This document shows positions 31,272 through 44,600 of a stretch of 64,000 bases of DNA, one piece after another. The translations under genes and the position numbers were made by a program. Origin of the DNA: an uncultured Verrucomicrobiae bacterium (GTDB lineage Bacteria; Verrucomicrobiota; Verrucomicrobiia; Palsa-1439); NCBI GenBank assembly GCA_963812605.1, contig CAWEWF010000014.1:1-64000 (forward strand). The letters are read 5' to 3'. The notes under the pieces were generated by a model that was given only the letters and a program-made list of their open reading frames with translations, searched no databases and was not told the origin of the DNA. The stretch's first letter is position 1, and each line of letters begins with the position of its first letter.

Positions 31272-34056
31272 ATGCAACGTAGACGAACAATTAGCCTGTT
31301 CTTGTTTTGTGTCTGCCTGGCGGTACCAGGCGCGAAGCGTGTTCTTGGCGATGGAGAGACGAACGCACCGAACGCGGGCCCGCCGAAAGCACAGACAAGT
31401 TATCAACTCGTTGGGGATTGGACGGCGCCCGACCCGCGGCAACCTGCGACTTTCATGCAGGCGGTGGCGCCGGGTGTGTTCGAGAAGCTCCTGAAGTCCA
31501 CGGAGCCCGGCGAAAATGAGTTGATCCTCGTCAAGAACCACGATGACGGACAGATCCTGGGGAGCCTGACTGTCAGCGTTACGCAAACGAACCGCCAGTT
31601 CTGGCGTGTGCGCTATGTGGAAAAGACGAAAGAACTGACCTGCAAGCCCGACGAGCTCGTCGAGTTCAGCTATCGCCCCAGGGACGATGCAGTGTTGCGC
31701 GAAGACGTGCAGGTTCGCTCTGTCAATCTGGCCGGTTCGTTCAATGATTGGAGCGCGACGGCGACGCCCATGGCAGACCTTGGAGACGGGACCTATGTTG
31801 CCGATCTCAAACTCGATGAGGGATTGCATCATTACAAGTTCGTCGTCAACGGCAACACCTGGATGCAGGACCCGAACAGCGATCCCGCGTTGCGGGCCGA
31901 TGACGGTCACGGCAGCTTCAACTCAGGCCTGTTCATCGGTGAGCGCGGCCAGGATTTCGGCGCGGCGCGGTCGAACAATGTAAATCTGGCGGCTGTGCGC
32001 CACCATCCCGAGCAAATGAGCTACTTCAACATGGTTTCCAGCGATACGGCCGAGGTCAAACTCCGCACGTTACAGGATGATGTCCAGAAGGTGGCGGTGC
32101 ATTGGCGGGATGGACGCGAACGCGACGTGTGGATGCATCGCAGTGACACCGCGTTTGGTTTTGACTACTGGAGCGCCACGGTCACCGCCGAAACCACAAA
32201 CAAGACGGCAGCCTACTACTTCACGCTCATTGATGGCCCGGCGACCAACACCTTTGGGGCGGGCAGTGAGTACCAATGGCGTCCAGTGGTTCAAGGCTGA
32301 GTTGATCGATCGGTTCCCGACACCGATGTGGGCGCGCAATGTCGTGTGGTATCAGATTTTTCCTGAACGTTTCCGCAACGGGACAGCGGAGAATGATCCG
32401 CCGCACACGTTACCGTGGCGTTGGGATTGGTACAAGCTGGCGCGCGGAGAGAAGCCGGCGGATAACAAGGCGTTCTCGAATGATTGGTATGGGCGCCGGT
32501 TCGGGGGCGACCTTCAGGGGGTCATCAGCCAACTACCGTATTTCCGCGATTTGGGAGTGACGGCGCTGTATTTTTGCCCGGTTTTTGAGGCGAGTTCCTA
32601 CCACGGTTACGACACGGTCGATTACCGGCACATCTCCCAATACTTCGGCTTTACGAATGACAACGAAAGCGTCATCGCGCATGAGACACTCGACCCAAAG
32701 ACGTGGCAATGGACGCCGTCGGACAAGCTCTTCCTGGACTTCGTCAAGGCAGCGCACGCGCAGGGTTTGAAAGTCATTATTGATGGCGTTTTCAACCACA
32801 TGGGCAAGGACAGCTTTGCGTTACGCGATGTGCTTACCAATGGAGTGAGTTCCGCGTATGCGGATTGGTTCGAGGTGACAGATTGGGGACCGCCAGTGAA
32901 GTACCATTCCTGGGATGGAGGCGGCTGGATGCCGAATTTCCGCAAGGACGCGGAGAACGGGATCGCTTCGGATTCCGCGCGGAAGTATCTGTTTGATATC
33001 ACGCGACGGTGGATGGACCCCAGCGGCAACGGAGACCCATCGGCTGGGGTCGACGGTTGGCGATTGGATGTCGCCGAAGGCGTACCCAGCGCCTTCTGGG
33101 TGGCCTGGCGCAAGCACGTCAAGTCGATCAACCCGCGCGCGTACATCACGGGCGAGGCGTGGGGCGCGGTGCCAAAGCATTTGCAGGGCGACGAGTGGGA
33201 TGCGGTGATGAACTACCAGTTCGCCATGCGGGCCATTCACTATTTCATCGACCAGAAGCGCAAGATTTCCGCCAGTGAGTTTGACCGGCAGCTAAAGGAC
33301 CTGCTGAAAACGTATCCGCTGCAAGCCGACTACGTCATGCAGAATCTTTATGACTCACATGACACCGATCGCCTGGCAAGCATGATCATCAACCCGGACC
33401 GGGATTACGACCAGGGCAATCGTCCCCAGGACGGCGCTCCCTACGATGGCTCGAAGCCGTCGGCCCCCGCGTATCGGGTTTTGAAGCTTATGGCGACGTT
33501 TCAAATGACGTTTCTCGGCGCCCCGATGATCTGGTACGGGGACGAAGTCGGCATGTTTGGCGCGGGTGACCCGACCGACCGCAAGCCGATGCTCTGGCGC
33601 GACCTGGAACCGTACGATAATCCACAAGATGCGGTCATGGCGGATGTGTACGAGCATTACCGTCGCGTGATTGCCATTCGGAATACCTATCCGGCGTTCC
33701 GCAGCGGGGATTTTGAAACGCTGTTGACGGATGATGCGAATGACCTGTACGGCTTCACCCGCACTTATCACGGCGAGGTAGTCGCCGTGATCGTGAACAA
33801 CAGCGACAAGGACCAGATGATCGATCTCAACGTCCCGTTTCCGAATGACAGCCGCATTGTCGATGTGATGGCGGCCGCGCCGGTGGAGTTTTACCGGGCT
33901 TCGCCGCAAAGCCTGAATTTTCCGAACTTTGAGGCCAGCGCGACGATTCGGGCATTGCGGCTCGGACCGGACGCTGGCCCGGTCTACGTTGTGCGCAGTG
34001 GAAAAATCCACGTTGGCATGGCGGGGAAAAGCGCGGCAATCCTGGTGAAACGGTAG
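31272..34056 (+). CDS. Secreted GH13 glycosidase with N-terminal CBM48 (frameshift ~32260)
   Basis: Signal peptide; CBM48 LAGSFNDW...YKFVVNG; second piece has YQIFPERF, DGVFNH, DGWRLDV, GEAW, DSHD, WYGDEVG. Confidence 0.88.
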
Positions 34057-34074
34057 ATACGCGGAGACTGCCGC

Positions 34075-37000
34075 TTACGGCAATACCAGGTGCACCCGGT
34101 AGAATCGTCCCACCACCGCAGTTGTGTCGGTCGTGGACGTTGACGGCCCGGTGGCGGTGATGTCGGGGCCGGCCACATCGGTAAACGCACCGGGTAGCGT
34201 ATCTGTAGACTGCAGGTGATACGTCTTGCCGGAGACACTTTCCCACGTAATGGTGTTGACGTTACCCGTGCGGGAGACACTGGTGATTTGCATCGTCGAA
34301 GCACTGTTCGTAGGGTCCGTGCCGGCCAAGAATTCCTGCAAGTTCGACAGCCCGTCGCCATCTGGGTCGGCGTTGGCCACATTCGGATCCAGCGGATTGA
34401 ATCCGTATTGCAACGACCAGTAATCAGGAATCCCGTCGCCAGCATAACTGTTGGTGCCGTAGGTCACGACGATCGAATTGGCCCCTGAGGTGTTATTGAA
34501 CGGACCATGCACGTGGACGCGTCCGGTGGATGTGTCGTAGTCCGCCGGAGCCGGAACATAGTAGGCGCCGTTGGTGACGACCATGACGGGCGGGCCACCG
34601 GCGGGAATGCGCAAGTACATGTCGTAATTCAGCGCGCCCACCGTCCGCTTGTTGATATCGGCGCGTGTGTTCGATGGGTTCGCGGTGATGGTGATGTCGA
34701 ACCGCTGGCTCTCGAAGAGCATGTTGTTGTAGCTGATCGAACTCCATCCGTTGGGCAGTTTGGGCGCGAAATAACAAGTGTTGTTCGTGGACTGCGGCTT
34801 GTAATCGAGGAACATCATCATCTGGTCAACGAGTGTCGAATGCGATTCCCAGACGTTGGGCCAGGCGGTCTGCAGCCAGAAATTCGGATATTTCTGCAGC
34901 GCCGTGGTTGGCGCAATCTGTTCGGACGCCAGGCCGTTCGGGCCGAGTTTGGCGATGAGTTTATCGAGCATCGCCAGGTTCGTCGTCACGAGCGTGTTGC
35001 CGCCGACGTAATCCTGCCAGCGTGTGTAGTACTCCCCGTACCACGAAGAGGCGAGAAACCAGGGGCTGTGACCGAAGGGAGAGGGCGCCGTGTTCCAGTA
35101 ATTGTCTGAATTGTTGTTGACGTTGTAAACGTAGCGATTGACCAAACCGACAATGCCGGGATAATTCACTGTGTCGCCCTCGACGAGGGTGTCGGTGTGT
35201 CCGCCAGCCGTTTGCCGTCCATGGAGCCATTCCACCACGTTGGTCATGCGGGGGTCCGCCGGCGAGTACGTCTCGTACGGCACCACCAGTCCCAGTTGAC
35301 TGATGTCCGATGGCTCGACCCGATTGTCGATGCGGGCATCCATACCCGATTTAAGATTCACAGCGCGCGAGCGGAATGTGCTCGCCCAGCTATTGCTCCC
35401 GACATACTGGGCGATATTGGCCGCGTCATTTAATCCACGCACCACACTACTGTTGGAGTAAAGGAAGAGGCCAAACGAATCCTCCCAAACATTGTTGCCG
35501 TTCATCAAGTTGAACGTGGGGTCGATATATACATCGGTATTGCTGCAACTATTCTCGCTGCTGGCGTTGGCGCACTGAAACGCGAGATTCCAGAAGTTTG
35601 TCAGGAAGGTCCCATCGCCCGTTGCCAGAAAATGGTAATACAAGCCCCAGGGGATGCTCGCCGTCTCGTCCAGTTGCGGAGACGTCCACACCTTGTAACC
35701 GTCCGTCGTGTACTTCTGGTAGAAGATGCCCAAGCCGCCGTCCACGCAGTCGGTGTCACGGAAAGCGATGTCACGGCACCATTGATAAAAGGCGGCGGCC
35801 TCGTTGGTGTGGCCGGTCCGATCCAGCGTGATCGCCGCATAGACCCCGTCGCGCGGCCAGACGAAGGGATAGGCGCCGTTATGCATGCCGGCGATGATCG
35901 CCCCCGTTTTGGCATCGATGTGCAGGGCCGTCACCAGCAGCGAACGATTGAACAGCGAATTGTACTGCGCGCCCGGCAGGTTGACGGTAACGCCTGCACC
36001 AAGCCAATTGGACCAGTACGCCTGGGTCGTAGCTTGCGCATTCGAGACGTTACTCGAATAGAACCAATCGATCATCGGCCGGCCCCAGAAGTTGTGCGTG
36101 CCCGTGGCGCCCGCAAAATCGTCCCAGGAACCGACAATCATCACATCGACTTCCGTGGGTTGGCCCGGAGGCAGCATAACGCGTTTTCCGATCCAGCCCT
36201 CCTGATTGTCGGTGCTGGTGTGATCGCGCCAGCTTCCATCGGCCATCGCGCCTGCGCCGGTGGTGCTGTTCGTCACGAGTTTCATGACAGTACCGAAGTA
36301 AAGCGAAGTGCTTTTCTGCCACGGGAAGGCAAACGCGGGCGAATACTCGGTGGTGTAACCGTTTGGATCACAGGAATTCGTCTGCACCGGCACGAGGCGA
36401 GAGGTGTTGTCGAAGGCGATCATGGCGTTGTAGTTCGTCCCAACGGCGTTGGTTTCCCAGTACATGGTGTCGTATTCGTTGCCGCCGTTGATGTTAAAGT
36501 TCGCGTCGAAATAGAAGTCGATCGTGTTGGTGGTGGCCTGAAGATTGGTGAGCACAAACCGCTTGACGTAGACGCCGTAGTTGGTGCGCGTCCCATCCGT
36601 CACCACGGGCAGTGCGTTGGTCGTCGGGCAGAAGTCGTATTGTTCCACCAGGATATTATTGCCGCCTGCGGTAAAGAGATTCGTGGTGTAGACGACATTG
36701 TTGTCCGTGACATAGCGCTGCCCGACAGGATTGTAATCCGTGCCGCTGGTGTTTTGCAGCCAGTGAATGCTGTTCGTGCCGCCTTCGATCGTCCCGATAC
36801 CGCCCATGGCGGCGATCAGGTTCATCTGGCCGTTGGCTTCCTGGTCGAGGCTGGGGCAGCTCGGGAACTCTTCCGGACCGCGATAGCCTTCATTGGAAGT
36901 GCCGACTCCATGGCGGTCGCCGACGCTGGGATAATAAATATCGTAGGTGTTTCCGTTCTGGTCGAGCTGCACCGTCATGTATTGGTTGCCGACGATGGCC

Positions 37001-37920
37001 TCTTCCTTCCAGTGATGGATGTTTGTGGCGGGATCGCTCGGATAACCCGCCGTCGCGCCGCCCGGCCAGGGCATGGCGTGGGATGTGTAGCTGTAGTTAT
37101 TTCCCGCGTTGCTGTCCAGGTTCAATGTCAGGGTATCCACGTTGCCGTCGTTCAGCCCGCCGGTCGGCGTGACTGTGGAACTGAACACGTAGTAAGCCAC
37201 CGTCGCGCCGTTGGGCATGGGAGGAATTGGCGCCGAATAGCTCGTGCCTGACCCGGATGCTTCGACAAATGTCGTGCTCGCAAAATTATTCGTCGTCCAG
37301 CGGATGAAGATATGCTCCTCCACCGATTTCGGCGCACTCAGGCCGATGTTCACGGTAACAGTGTCGTTGGTGCGCGGTACCGCAGGAGACTGGCTCAAAC
37401 GGGTGACGGAGACGGGACGCGCTGAGGTTTTCATCACACCGATTACCGCATTATTGCCGCTCGGCGGGTTCAGAGTGCGAAATGAATAGAAGGCGCCATT
37501 TTGCACGGTAATCGTCCCATTGTTCGCGGAGAACCACGTAAATGTCGTGGTGCCGTCGATGCCGGCGGTCGCGCCGCCCCAATTGCTGCCAAACGAGCCG
37601 TCCGCCGCCAACTTGAATTCGTAAGTGCCGTTGGTCACGTCCCCACCCGAGGCGGCGACAAACATGACATTGGTGTACCAATCCATTCCCGAGGGCGTAC
37701 CCGGCGGGGACACTTTATTCATGCGAAACGGGCCGGAGGTATCCGCAGCGTTGAAACTGTCCCACGTACCGGGAAGATTCATCGTGGTCCACGCTGTGGC
37801 GGTCGACGCGGAAAACCCGGTGAGCGCCAGCGCGGCGAGCAGGGCAATGAGAATCCGTCCGGGCCGATCTGCTAAAGCGGTTGAGCAACCGAGGCGAGAA
37901 GCTCGAAATTCTTGCGTCAT
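34075..37920 (-). CDS. Secreted multimodular GH15 glucoamylase-like enzyme with C-terminal domain
   Basis: Signal peptide; YPFVWPRDG, QLDET, NVWEDS, LASEQI; DPDGDG..NLQEF..GTDP repeat; ends GRFYRVHLVLP. Confidence 0.85.
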   Translation of the reverse strand: MTQEFRASRLGCSTALADRPGRILIALLAALALTGFSASTATAWTTMNLPGTWDSFNAADTSGPFRMNKVSPPGTPSGMDWYTNVMFVAASGGDVTNGTYEFKLAADGSFGSNWGGATAGIDGTTTFTWFSANNGTITVQNGAFYSFRTLNPPSGNNAVIGVMKTSARPVSVTRLSQSPAVPRTNDTVTVNIGLSAPKSVEEHIFIRWTTNNFASTTFVEASGSGTSYSAPIPPMPNGATVAYYVFSSTVTPTGGLNDGNVDTLTLNLDSNAGNNYSYTSHAMPWPGGATAGYPSDPATNIHHWKEEAIVGNQYMTVQLDQNGNTYDIYYPSVGDRHGVGTSNEGYRGPEEFPSCPSLDQEANGQMNLIAAMGGIGTIEGGTNSIHWLQNTSGTDYNPVGQRYVTDNNVVYTTNLFTAGGNNILVEQYDFCPTTNALPVVTDGTRTNYGVYVKRFVLTNLQATTNTIDFYFDANFNINGGNEYDTMYWETNAVGTNYNAMIAFDNTSRLVPVQTNSCDPNGYTTEYSPAFAFPWQKSTSLYFGTVMKLVTNSTTGAGAMADGSWRDHTSTDNQEGWIGKRVMLPPGQPTEVDVMIVGSWDDFAGATGTHNFWGRPMIDWFYSSNVSNAQATTQAYWSNWLGAGVTVNLPGAQYNSLFNRSLLVTALHIDAKTGAIIAGMHNGAYPFVWPRDGVYAAITLDRTGHTNEAAAFYQWCRDIAFRDTDCVDGGLGIFYQKYTTDGYKVWTSPQLDETASIPWGLYYHFLATGDGTFLTNFWNLAFQCANASSENSCSNTDVYIDPTFNLMNGNNVWEDSFGLFLYSNSSVVRGLNDAANIAQYVGSNSWASTFRSRAVNLKSGMDARIDNRVEPSDISQLGLVVPYETYSPADPRMTNVVEWLHGRQTAGGHTDTLVEGDTVNYPGIVGLVNRYVYNVNNNSDNYWNTAPSPFGHSPWFLASSWYGEYYTRWQDYVGGNTLVTTNLAMLDKLIAKLGPNGLASEQIAPTTALQKYPNFWLQTAWPNVWESHSTLVDQMMMFLDYKPQSTNNTCYFAPKLPNGWSSISYNNMLFESQRFDITITANPSNTRADINKRTVGALNYDMYLRIPAGGPPVMVVTNGAYYVPAPADYDTSTGRVHVHGPFNNTSGANSIVVTYGTNSYAGDGIPDYWSLQYGFNPLDPNVANADPDGDGLSNLQEFLAGTDPTNSASTMQITSVSRTGNVNTITWESVSGKTYHLQSTDTLPGAFTDVAGPDITATGPSTSTTDTTAVVGRFYRVHLVLP

Positions 37921-37951
37921 GTGCGTGCGTATCCCGATAGCCCCGACTGAA

Positions 37952-38617
37952 TCAGCCCATGCCGGCGTATTCTTCGTCGGTGATGATATGGCGTCCCATC
38001 AGCACGTAATCGTGCGCGAGAGCCTGCATGTCCTTGACGTAGTCGGGCAGAACCAATAACTCGCTGAATCCCAATTCAGCGAACACCAGTCGCGCAGCCT
38101 GCTGGTCGCCCAGAAACTCGGCTTCCAGCTTCTCCAACCCAACGTCGCTCGCGATGTCGATCAACTCCTGTACCAATGTTCGCGCCAAGCCACGTCCGCG
38201 ATAGCCAGGGTGGACCACGACGCTGATCCGGCCGATATGACGCTTCCAGCCGCCGAGCTGTTGGTGGAGGGAGGCGTCGGCGACAATTTTGCCATCCGCG
38301 ATGGCGAGCAAGGGCAGGATCTTCCCGTAGTCGATGCGCTGGCACCAATCACGGATGACCTCCGGTTCAGTGACGCGATGCTTGAAAAGGAGGCGTTCGT
38401 TATCGGGTACGGTGCAGAAGAATTCGTGAAAGGCCTTTTCGTCCGCCGCTACCAGCGGGCGTATGGTGACATCCAGGTCACCCTTTAGGGTCACCGCCTT
38501 CGGATAACGCTCAAGATGATCGTCCACTTGTTGCGCTCGGCTCCTAACTTGTTCACGATACCAGATGAACCGGCCAACATCAAGCTGCGAAATTGATTCA
38601 ATTCCGGCAGTGATCAC
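37952..38617 (-). CDS. GNAT-family N-acetyltransferase (start uncertain)
   Basis: VTIRPL, VVHPGYRGRGLA acetyl-CoA motif, FAELGF. Confidence 0.85.
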   Translation of the reverse strand: MITAGIESISQLDVGRFIWYREQVRSRAQQVDDHLERYPKAVTLKGDLDVTIRPLVAADEKAFHEFFCTVPDNERLLFKHRVTEPEVIRDWCQRIDYGKILPLLAIADGKIVADASLHQQLGGWKRHIGRISVVVHPGYRGRGLARTLVQELIDIASDVGLEKLEAEFLGDQQAARLVFAELGFSELLVLPDYVKDMQALAHDYVLMGRHIITDEEYAGMG

Positions 38618-41600
38618 GGGACAACCTTGACCTTGTAGTATTTCGTTGCGTCGGTGGTGTCAACGTCCGTATAGCTCGTGGTTGCGCCCGCGGAGGGCAC
38701 GGTGCTGCCCACGGGCGCGTAGGCGCCGGCCAGACTCGTCGTGGCATAGACCTGATAGTTTTTCCCGGGGACGCTCGTCCACACGATGACGTTGTTGCCG
38801 TTCGGCTGACGCGTAATGCTGATAATGTGGAAGAAGGAGCTCGACTTGGTCGGGTCGGTGCCTGTGAGGAATTCCTGGAGATTGCTCTGGCCGTCGCCAT
38901 CGGGATCAGCGTTGGCGTTGATGTTCGTGGCGCCAAAGTATTTCAGTTCCCAGGCGGTCGTCAGACCGTTGGTATCCCACGGATTGAACGGATCGGCGCC
39001 CAGTTGCGCGGCCTGATAATTCTGAATGTTGTCACCATTCGGCGCGGCGTCACCCTGGAGCGCCTTGATTTCCAGGGCGAAACTGAAGGCCGTGTTTGTG
39101 CTCTGGAGTTCGACCTGTTGGGTCTGCGCCTGGTCGCGCATGTTGACGGTGGCAAAGCCAGCGCCCCGGTCGGTAGCCGCGGCGTTGTAGGTGACATTAC
39201 TGTGGGACGGGACATCGGCATAATCCAGCGCGGCTACGGCAACCGACGAGGGGCTGATGTTCTCAGCCTGGACGTGACCCGTCGAAGCGGCCAACGCCAG
39301 GTTCGCCTGGCCCTGATACATGAGGCTCAGCGCGTCGGGCGACAGGCCGTGGCGGACGTATAGCGTCGTCACGCCCCCGGCCAGCGCGTAGGCGGCTTCC
39401 AGCCGGTCCGAGCCGCTCCCCAACGTGATGGTCTTGGTGATATTGCCGTCGGAGCTGACGAATTGCCAGCCGTTGCTGACCTGCGTGGCGTTGTAGACAT
39501 TGTTCACGTAGAGATTGGTGCCGCCGCTGTTGGAGATCGCCCACCAATCCTTGAATCCGGAAGTGCGATACGCCAAAGGTGCGGCCGGGCTACCGGTAGT
39601 GTTGCTGATCCCTTCGCGCTCGCTCTCGTATTCCGGCGTGCTGGCGAGGCTGCCGACGAGTTGATAAGCGCTGCCCGTAATCGGGTCGCGCGCGAATGCG
39701 GCGATGAGAACGTCCGCCGATGCGCTCGAACACCGCGTAGACTGCGTTGTTGTAAAGTAAGTAGTTTGGTTCGCCGGCCTGTTCAACGTCCTGGGCAACA
39801 ACGACGGTATTGGACGACGGGTTCGATCCAGCCCAGATCGCCGCGTGGGCCACGATGCTCGCCTGGCGCGTCGCGCGCGCGGCGCCCTTGAGAGCAAACT
39901 GTGAGAGCAAATCCGTCGTCGTATCGGGATAGACGTAATCGCCGGTCGAGAAGCGGGCATAATTACCGTTATCCTCGTCGTGAAAAGCGGTCTCGAAGAT
40001 GCCGTTGAGGTATACCAATTCCGCGAGCCTGGTCAGGTTGGACTGCCCGGCAGCGGCGGATTGAACGTCTGTCCAGGTATCCGCGAGAATGGTGCCGTTG
40101 GTGGCGACGTGACCGAGTACTTTGGCCGCCAATACCTCACCGTTGGTGCCGAAGTAGAATTCATTACTGTTGGTATCACGAGTCGGTGCCGGCATTATCG
40201 TCACCGCGCAGGATCGGATGCCGGTTGAAGAAGCTTTCCTCTTGTGAACTGCCGAAGTACCAATTGTTAAGGTTGGTTTCGCTGGCGTGGCGGACGAAGT
40301 CCTTCGCTTGGACATTGAAATTCGCGGAACCGCGTTGATTGATAAACGGCACATCCGAACCATTGACCGTGCCGTCGTTATTGATGTCAAGCTGCCCGGT
40401 GGCAAACTGGTCGAGGCGCACCACCTGAATCCACTGATGATTGGCCAGCCAGCGCAGGTTGAGGTTGAGGTTATCGGGATTGGAATTCCCGCCCACACCC
40501 GCTGCGGTTTCCCAGTTGTCGGCGAGAATGACAACCTGGTCCTGGACGCCATCGATCGCCTTGCGGATGAGAAGTTCGCGCAGGGTGATGCTCGCGCCGA
40601 GGTCATCATTCTGGTAGAGCTGGTCGGACTCCCCGCTGATGAGGAAGGTGTTCATGCCGTTGAATTGATTAAGCTGGTAACCGCCGTCCTGCAATGCGGT
40701 CGGCCTTCCATTACCTGCGCCATAGAGTTGGTCGCCCCACCACCACAGGTGCACCATTTGGTCAAGGATCGCATAATTGTGGCCGCTGTTGGCGGCGAGA
40801 TCAGACAATGACGGCCCGTCAGCGGCGCGCTCCGCAAGGTAAATGGGCGTGTTTGCCGTGACGCTGTTCGATCCGTAGGTGCTGCGCATAAGGTCGTCCT
40901 GCAATTGGACACCCGCGCGGTTGACGGCGCCCGTGAAATAAGGCGCCATGTGGTCCGCGAACATGCCGCTGACGAGGGACACTTGATTGGATTGAATCAG
41001 CGACGCGATGCGCTGGTTGAATTTGGCGCCGTCGACGGAGCCGTTGGTATCGGTCGTGGGATCGCTCTTGGCCCATTGCAGCGCGGAAATCAGGGAACCG
41101 CTCAAATGCAGGTTCAACGGCAGTCCAAAGATCTGGGCCGACTCAAGCGCGCGGTAATAGCCGACAGGGTTGTTGCCGGGGTTGTACGTCGGATCGTAGC
41201 TCGTATTGGCGGCACTGCTGCTGGGGGTGCGCGTTGCGGTATTGGACACGAGATTCTGAATGAGCGTGCCCGGCAGGATCGACTGGTTCCCATGCAGCAG
41301 AATCGCAACCTTGGCGATACCGGGCCGGCTGGTGACGGAGAGCGAAGACGAATAGGACGAGAGGTTGACGGGGCTCTGGTTGACGGATGTAAACCAATAG
41401 TGCAGCGCGTTGCCGTAATTGTTGTTTTGGCTTTGGGTGATACCGTTGTCGTAGATCGAGTCGGTGATTCGCGTGGGATTCGAAAGCGTCGTCGGGCCGG
41501 CCGTGTCGTAGACCTGGAAGTTGAGCGGGGTGAAGCCCGACCACCCTGCGTCGAACAATGCCTGTCGCGGGATGACAAATTCAATCGAGTCAAGGTCCGC

Positions 41601-44600
41601 GCGCCAGTATTGATTTTGGACGCCGCCGGATTGCTGATAGCCGCGGGTCTGGTAGATACCGGGACCGAGCCGGGCAGTTTTACGTACAGGTTCGCCGCAT
41701 AAGAGCCGGCAACCTGACCGTAAATGGCCGCCAGGACGTGCCAGCCCATGTCGGTCGTGGCGCCAACATTTTCGGGAAGCGTAGTCTCACCCGTGCCGGG
41801 CGAGCCGATGTTGATGGCCACATAGAGGCTGACGCGCCCGTTCTGGTCCGCGCCAAAGGTAAGGTCGTGCATGTCCACGCGGAAATAGTAATTACCGTCA
41901 TTGCCACCATCGCGCGCGTAAAAGGCCACGAGGTCGCGGCTCCAGTCGAAACCGTCGTAGATTGGGTAAATGGTATGGTTGTTCACGTTCGGGCCGATTC
42001 CATCGTACGGGCGCACCACCTTCAGGTCATTGACGCTCCAGCCCTGGAATTCCGTAAACCACGTATTGCCGGCCGTGCTGCCAATCGTTGCCCCCGAACC
42101 GACAATCAACGAACCGGCATTGACAGCCACGCCATTGCTGTAAAACAGGGTCGGATCCAGTCCATTCAGGAACTTCGTGATGTTCGAGATGCCGTCACCT
42201 CGGGGATTGCCCGCCGCGCCATTCAGGTTCGTGGTGATCAAGGCGCCGGTGTGCCAGTTGGTGTGACCAATGACACCATCGTCCCACGGGTCGAGTCCGT
42301 AACGTGTCTTCCAACCATCCGGCAGGCCGTTCGGGTCGCCATCGGTGTGCGCATCCATTGGATCCGTTTCGAGAAGTACGGCGTTCGGATACTGTTGAAT
42401 GAGAGCCTTTCGATTCACCCGCGACGTGAGGGGCCAGTAGAGAATGGTGGGCGGCAGTGGAGTGGACAAAACGTTGGTGACGCAGGCGGTGACGTTGCTC
42501 ACGCACGGACAACCGCAACTGGAGGCGTTGTAACCAATGTTGCGGTTGAGCAGGCCGATCTTCAGGAAGCCGGTGCCGCTGGCATTCTCCGCGCCGTCCG
42601 GGATGCCATCGCCATCAGTGTCGGGATTGTTCGGGTCGGTCTCCAACCAGACAGCAGCGGGCCAGACCTGGAGGACTTTCGTGCGGTCGATCATCGAAGT
42701 GTTATAGATGGTTGGCGGGTGGGCGATGACCACGATGCTGGTCGTAATCGCGGTGCCGTTGGGGATCGAGAGGCCACCCATGTTCGGGTACTGCCATGAG
42801 GTGCCGTAACCCGCGATGACCAGAGAGCCGTTGGCGTTCGAGAGTGTGACCGTGTCGTACGTCAGGCCGGCGATGCCATTGGTGCTGGTCAGCGGGGTGC
42901 CGGTGGAATTTGTCAGTGTGATGTCCACGCGACCGTTGTGATTCATGTCTTCAACGGCGTCGCGCAGACCGTCCGCATCGGTGTCGGGTGTGCTGGGGTT
43001 TAACACCGTTCCAGCGATCTGGTCGGTGCGCGGGTTGTTGTAGTTGAACGGCCACGGCACGTAGCCTTGATAGCCCGCGGGGGCAGTCGAGTTGTCGAGC
43101 GTGTTGTAGAGCGGCGGATCCAGGCTCGCGATGAAATTTCGGGTCCCGCAATTCGGATCGAGTCCGGTAACCGTGTTGGTGGCGGCAGGTAGGGGACCGA
43201 TGCCGAGTTTCAAGCCATCCGGTAATCCATTCGGATCGCCATCGCTGTGAGCGCTATTCGGATCGGTCTTGCCGGAGAAGAAATAGACGTGGACATCACT
43301 ATTCTTCCACGTATCTGGATTGGTACTGGGCAGCGGCTGGGCGGTGGTCTCCAGGTAATCGCTGATGCCGTCGTTGTCGCTGTCGTCGCTGTTGGGATTG
43401 GTCGGCACGATTGGACGGAAGGCAACGTCAACACTCCGGAACGTCGTATTGGAGCCGCCGCCGAATACATCCGCGCGGATGAGCCAGGCGCCCGCGACCA
43501 TGTTCGTCCAGTTGAAATTCCACAACAACGCGGTGCCGACGTTCGTGGACAACTGCGCGGGACCACCTTGGAACCCGTTGGTGGTGGGCATGAAACTGAC
43601 CAGGACATTGGTGACGCTGGTGCTGGTCTGCACGGTGATGGTGTACGCATCATTCGTCGGCGCGGCGCCGCCACCGCACGTGCCGAAGACAATCGTGTCC
43701 GGCGGAACGTTCTTGCTGGGATCAACCGCGGGCGGTTGGAGAATACTTGCCGAAACGCCCGTCAGCGAGACGTTCACGATGCGGGAGGCATAGAGGCTCA
43801 CAGCGCCGTCGTCATAAAGGAATTCAATCAGGTGCTGGCCCGCGCTCATGCCGCTCCAGTCGTAACGCAGGTCACGGGTGCCATTGCCGCAGAAACTTCC
43901 TTGGAAAAGATACAGCGGAGTATTGGTGGGAGAGGTCCGCGGCTGCACCGAGCCGTCGATTCGGATGGTGAAATTGGTCGGAACCGCGCTCAGGGAACTG
44001 CTGAAGCAGGCGACAATCTCGTAGAAGCTATTTTGATCGAGCGAGACCGTGTCGCCGTTATTGACCGGGAAGGCGATATTCAGGACCTGTGACGGCGCGG
44101 CGCAGTTTACCTGTCGTGTCAGGGTTGTGTAGTGGTTCGTATACAGCGTCGAGGAGGCGTCCTTGAGGCGGACGGTGATCGTTGCCGGGCCGCTGCTCGG
44201 GATGCCGACATAGTTGAAGCGAAACTCATGGGGCAGGTTCGGATATTGCAGGCCGATAGATGGCAATGGCGAGACTTCCGTGGCCACGGCCCAGGAAGGC
44301 GCGCCGTTGGTGCCGTTCCCATTTCCGTTAAGCTGGCCGGTCGCCGAATCGTCGTTATTTGCGCTATTGTCGTCAATGTGATAATCGACCTCGGTCGTCG
44401 TGTCCTGCGCCCGCACCACCACGCCGTAGGTCTGGCTTCCCAGTGTATCGCCATCATTCGTCGGAAAGGCAATAACCCCGCTTGGCGTCTGCGGCGCGTA
44501 GTAGAAAGATTGCAGGAACGTGTTGAACACGCTGGCCTGGCCACTGCGCGGCAGGAATGTTCGCAGCCGCAACATGTGGAAACCGGCATCCAGACCGACC

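Noticed and set aside
41114-41670. Arg/Ser/Thr-rich C-terminus of the 2123-aa ORF
   Set aside because: Out-of-frame read-through after the ~41670 slip; the alternative frame gives coherent protein.
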